A DNA stretch of 58,889 bases from Candidatus Dojkabacteria bacterium (lineage in GTDB: Bacteria > Patescibacteriota > Dojkabacteria > J137). Position 1 is the first letter of the stretch; every line of letters begins with the position of its first letter. Under the pieces are notes generated by a model that saw only the letters and a list, made by a program, of their open reading frames with translations, ran no database searches and was not told where the DNA came from. The position numbers and the translations under genes are program-made. Shown piece after piece: positions 56,987 to 58,889 of this stretch. The stretch spans positions 1-58,889 of the forward strand of contig CALDYZ010000039.1 in NCBI GenBank assembly GCA_937944235.1. The letters are read 5' to 3'.

Positions 56987-58626
56987 CTTACATTTTTATT
57001 AATACAGTTCAAAAAATCTCTTAGTACAAATGATAAGCCGTAACCGCCTCCGCCATGTCTTGTATGTAACACGAATGCATATTCCCTACCATCTAGTTGA
57101 AAAACGCCAGCAATCCAACCATGAGTTGTATTCACCAACCTATTAAATCTGTATTCTTGAGACTCTGCAGTACCAGTTTTAGCTATAATATTAAAATCTT
57201 TCATATTTCCTAAAGAACTATATGTTGTACCTGTAACTGAATAGACTGCATCTTTTAACCCTTGCCTAATCAAACTTATGTATTCCATGTTCAAATCTAA
57301 ATAAATGTTCTTATCAATATTGTAGTTTTCATCTTTTACGATCTTTGCATTTTTCCAATTTCCTCTTCTTTCTCCAAAAATAGAGTAAACATTAAGAACA
57401 TTTATAGGAGTTAAAACTAAACTACCTTGACCTATAATATAATTACATAAGTCCCCCTGAAATAGGCCTGTTAAATATAAATTGGCGTGTACATCTAAAA
57501 AAAAAGTTGTTACAGTTCCATTAAACATATTAAAAGCAATAGCAATATCGTAGATATCTTTAGAAAAATCCGCAAAGTTTGAAGTATTTTTGATAAGACT
57601 TTGACAAAAGAATATATTACTTGATCTCGCTAATGCACTTCTTAAATTCAATAAACCATACCTGTTTTGACTAAACTCACAGAATCTATCTCTGTCATTA
57701 AAGTAAATACATCCTGTAGAGTCAACTAAAGTACTCTCTTCAACGATATTTTTTGATAGTAAAAAATATGAAGATATAGGCTTAAATATTGATCCAGGAG
57801 CTGACTTAACAGTCACAACTTTATCCATATAAGGTAAACCTCTTTTATCCTGTTTATATAAATAATAGCTATGTACCAGATTTTCTGGGTCTATAGATGG
57901 TTGAGATATGTAAGACAAAATACTTCCATCACTATTATCAACAATTATTGCTGCGTAACTAGCAGCATCCACCAATTTAGCGTAATTAGACAGTAAATTA
58001 TTTAATGTGATCTGCCATTCTATATCCAAAGTTAAATATAAATCATTACCTCTTACTGGTTCAACCACATACTCAGAGTCTAGATAAGACTCAATAAAAC
58101 CATTAATACCAGAGAGTTGTTTTTGATAATGTCTCTCAACACCTATAGGGGAAAATCTTTCTAATGAATCATTCTGGAGATATCCTAAAAAGTGATATGT
58201 CAAATCTGTATAAGGATAAACCCTATTAAAAAGTTTAATTAACTTTGTACTTGATGTATAATTACTACTAATAAACCTATCTAAATCGTCATCACTTGCA
58301 CTGTCATATAATACACAAAAATTCCTACCCTGGTAAATGATAGTTTTGCAATTTTCATTTACCTGTTGTAATTTAAGTACACGATATAGAACTTGGTCGT
58401 AAGCCAGAACTTTTGATGTCTTATCATATATTGATCCTCTTTCAGCTTGAAGTATTTCTGTACGATTCAAAACATCTTTGACTTTTATAACTGATGTAAC
58501 ATAATTACTTAATACTCTAATGAGTAATACAACAATAAAAAGGATACATATAAGAAAGACAACTAAATTGAAATCAAAAAACCTAAATTTAAAAAAATTT
58601 GATGACCTTACCTTACTTTTGTGCAC
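56980..58626 (-). CDS. Class B penicillin-binding protein (PBP2/FtsI-type transpeptidase)
   Basis: 548 aa with an N-terminal TM anchor. The SxxK (PGSIFKP), SxN (RSSN) and KTG (AKTGTAE) motifs are present. Confidence 0.88.
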   Translation of the reverse strand: MHKSKVRSSNFFKFRFFDFNLVVFLICILFIVVLLIRVLSNYVTSVIKVKDVLNRTEILQAERGSIYDKTSKVLAYDQVLYRVLKLQQVNENCKTIIYQGRNFCVLYDSASDDDLDRFISSNYTSSTKLIKLFNRVYPYTDLTYHFLGYLQNDSLERFSPIGVERHYQKQLSGINGFIESYLDSEYVVEPVRGNDLYLTLDIEWQITLNNLLSNYAKLVDAASYAAIIVDNSDGSILSYISQPSIDPENLVHSYYLYKQDKRGLPYMDKVVTVKSAPGSIFKPISSYFLLSKNIVEESTLVDSTGCIYFNDRDRFCEFSQNRYGLLNLRSALARSSNIFFCQSLIKNTSNFADFSKDIYDIAIAFNMFNGTVTTFFLDVHANLYLTGLFQGDLCNYIIGQGSLVLTPINVLNVYSIFGERRGNWKNAKIVKDENYNIDKNIYLDLNMEYISLIRQGLKDAVYSVTGTTYSSLGNMKDFNIIAKTGTAESQEYRFNRLVNTTHGWIAGVFQLDGREYAFVLHTRHGGGGYGLSFVLRDFLNCINKNVRC

Positions 58627-58659
58627 AAGTACAGAGAAACATAAAAATTTGACCTAGTA

Positions 58660-58732
58660 AGCCATTACGCAGATTTGAACTGCGGACCTCACCCTTACCA
58701 TGGGTGTGCTCTACCAACTGAGCTATAATGGC
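58660..58732 (-). tRNA. tRNA-Thr (GGU)
   Basis: The reverse complement is GCCATTATAGCTCAGTTGGTAGAGCACACCCATGGTAAGGGTGAGGTCCGCAGTTCAAATCTGCGTAATGGCT. The anticodon loop is ATGGTAA. Confidence 0.9.
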
Positions 58733-58749
58733 TTTTAAATAAATAGGGA

Positions 58750-58833
58750 TCCGGGGAGAAGGATTTGAACCTCCGTAGCCCTTAGGGCGTCTGATTTACA
58801 GTCAGATGCGATTGACCGCTCCGCCATCCCCGG
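58750..58833 (-). tRNA. tRNA-Tyr (GUA), long variable arm, C1-G72 first pair
   Basis: The reverse complement is CCGGGGATGGCGGAGCGGTCAATCGCATCTGACTGTAAATCAGACGCCCTAAGGGCTACGGAGGTTCAAATCCTTCTCCCCGGA. The anticodon loop is CTGTAAA. Confidence 0.88.
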
Positions 58834-58835
58834 AA

Positions 58836-58889
58836 AGCCACTTGTCAGACTCGAACTGACGACCGATTGTTTACAAAACAATTGCTCTA
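58836..58889 (-). tRNA. tRNA-Thr (UGU), 3' part only (cut by the window edge)
   Basis: The reverse complement is TAGAGCAATTGTTTTGTAAACAATCGGTCGTCAGTTCGAGTCTGACAAGTGGCT. The anticodon loop is TTTGTAA. The 5' acceptor and D arm lie outside the window. Confidence 0.8.

Noticed and set aside
1-58889. An alternative genetic code (UGA recoding, as in some candidate phyla).
   Set aside because: TGA terminates conserved proteins at their expected ends (infC at 10694-10696, rpmE at 43634-43636). All conserved genes read through at full length with the standard code. RF1 is present, but RF2 presence cannot be judged from this window.
1-58889. CRISPR arrays, transposases, integrases, prophage or defence islands.
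   Set aside because: I saw no regularly spaced direct repeats, no ORF with recombinase, transposase or nuclease-defence motifs, and no tRNA-adjacent insertion. Every sizeable ORF is accounted for by housekeeping, envelope or pilus functions, or is a membrane protein of unknown function.

Overview
This is an AT-rich (roughly 30% GC by eye), very gene-dense chromosomal window. It uses the standard genetic code: TGA terminates conserved genes such as infC and rpmE at their expected ends. I can support about 60 CDS and 8 tRNAs, one of them cut by the window edge. There is no rRNA, no CRISPR array, and no recognisable transposase, integrase or phage gene.

Content is almost entirely information processing:
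- Translation: alaS, infC-rpmI-rplT, rpsP, rpmF, rpmE-prfA, rpsF-ssb-rpsR, rpsU, rpsB-tsf-frr.
- Replication and repair: mutL, recG, gyrBA, ruvCAB, dnaB, dnaX-ybaB-recR, topA, dprA, a holB-like gene and a truncated uvrB.
- Envelope: two penicillin-binding proteins, a DUF368 protein, an LCP-like protein, rseP and ctpA.
- One 10-kb secretin-less type IV pilus operon: pilB-pilT-pilC-pilA-pilD, three minor pilins, an unknown gene, then pilM-pilN-pilO.

Classical bacterial gene neighbourhoods are kept, but the metabolic genes normally inside them are missing. Shine-Dalgarno motifs are largely absent, and many genes overlap. Together this suggests a reduced-genome bacterium, plausibly Patescibacteria/CPR-like; that placement is inference only.

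The most interesting items are:
1. A ThrRS-derived protein at the canonical thrS position. It keeps the editing and anticodon-binding modules but seems to have lost the aminoacylation core.
2. A UvrB cut exactly at the domain 1b/domain 3 boundary, overlapping a DUF368 gene.
3. A pilus locus in which all four prepilin leaders have Ala rather than Gly five residues before the conserved Glu, paired with a short PilD lacking the Cys-rich N-domain.
4. A bacterial-type (long variable arm) tRNA-Tyr with a C1-G72 first base pair.
5. A class A PBP with a roughly 340-aa C-terminal extension.

All calls rest on reading the ORF translations and the DNA by eye. No database search was run.
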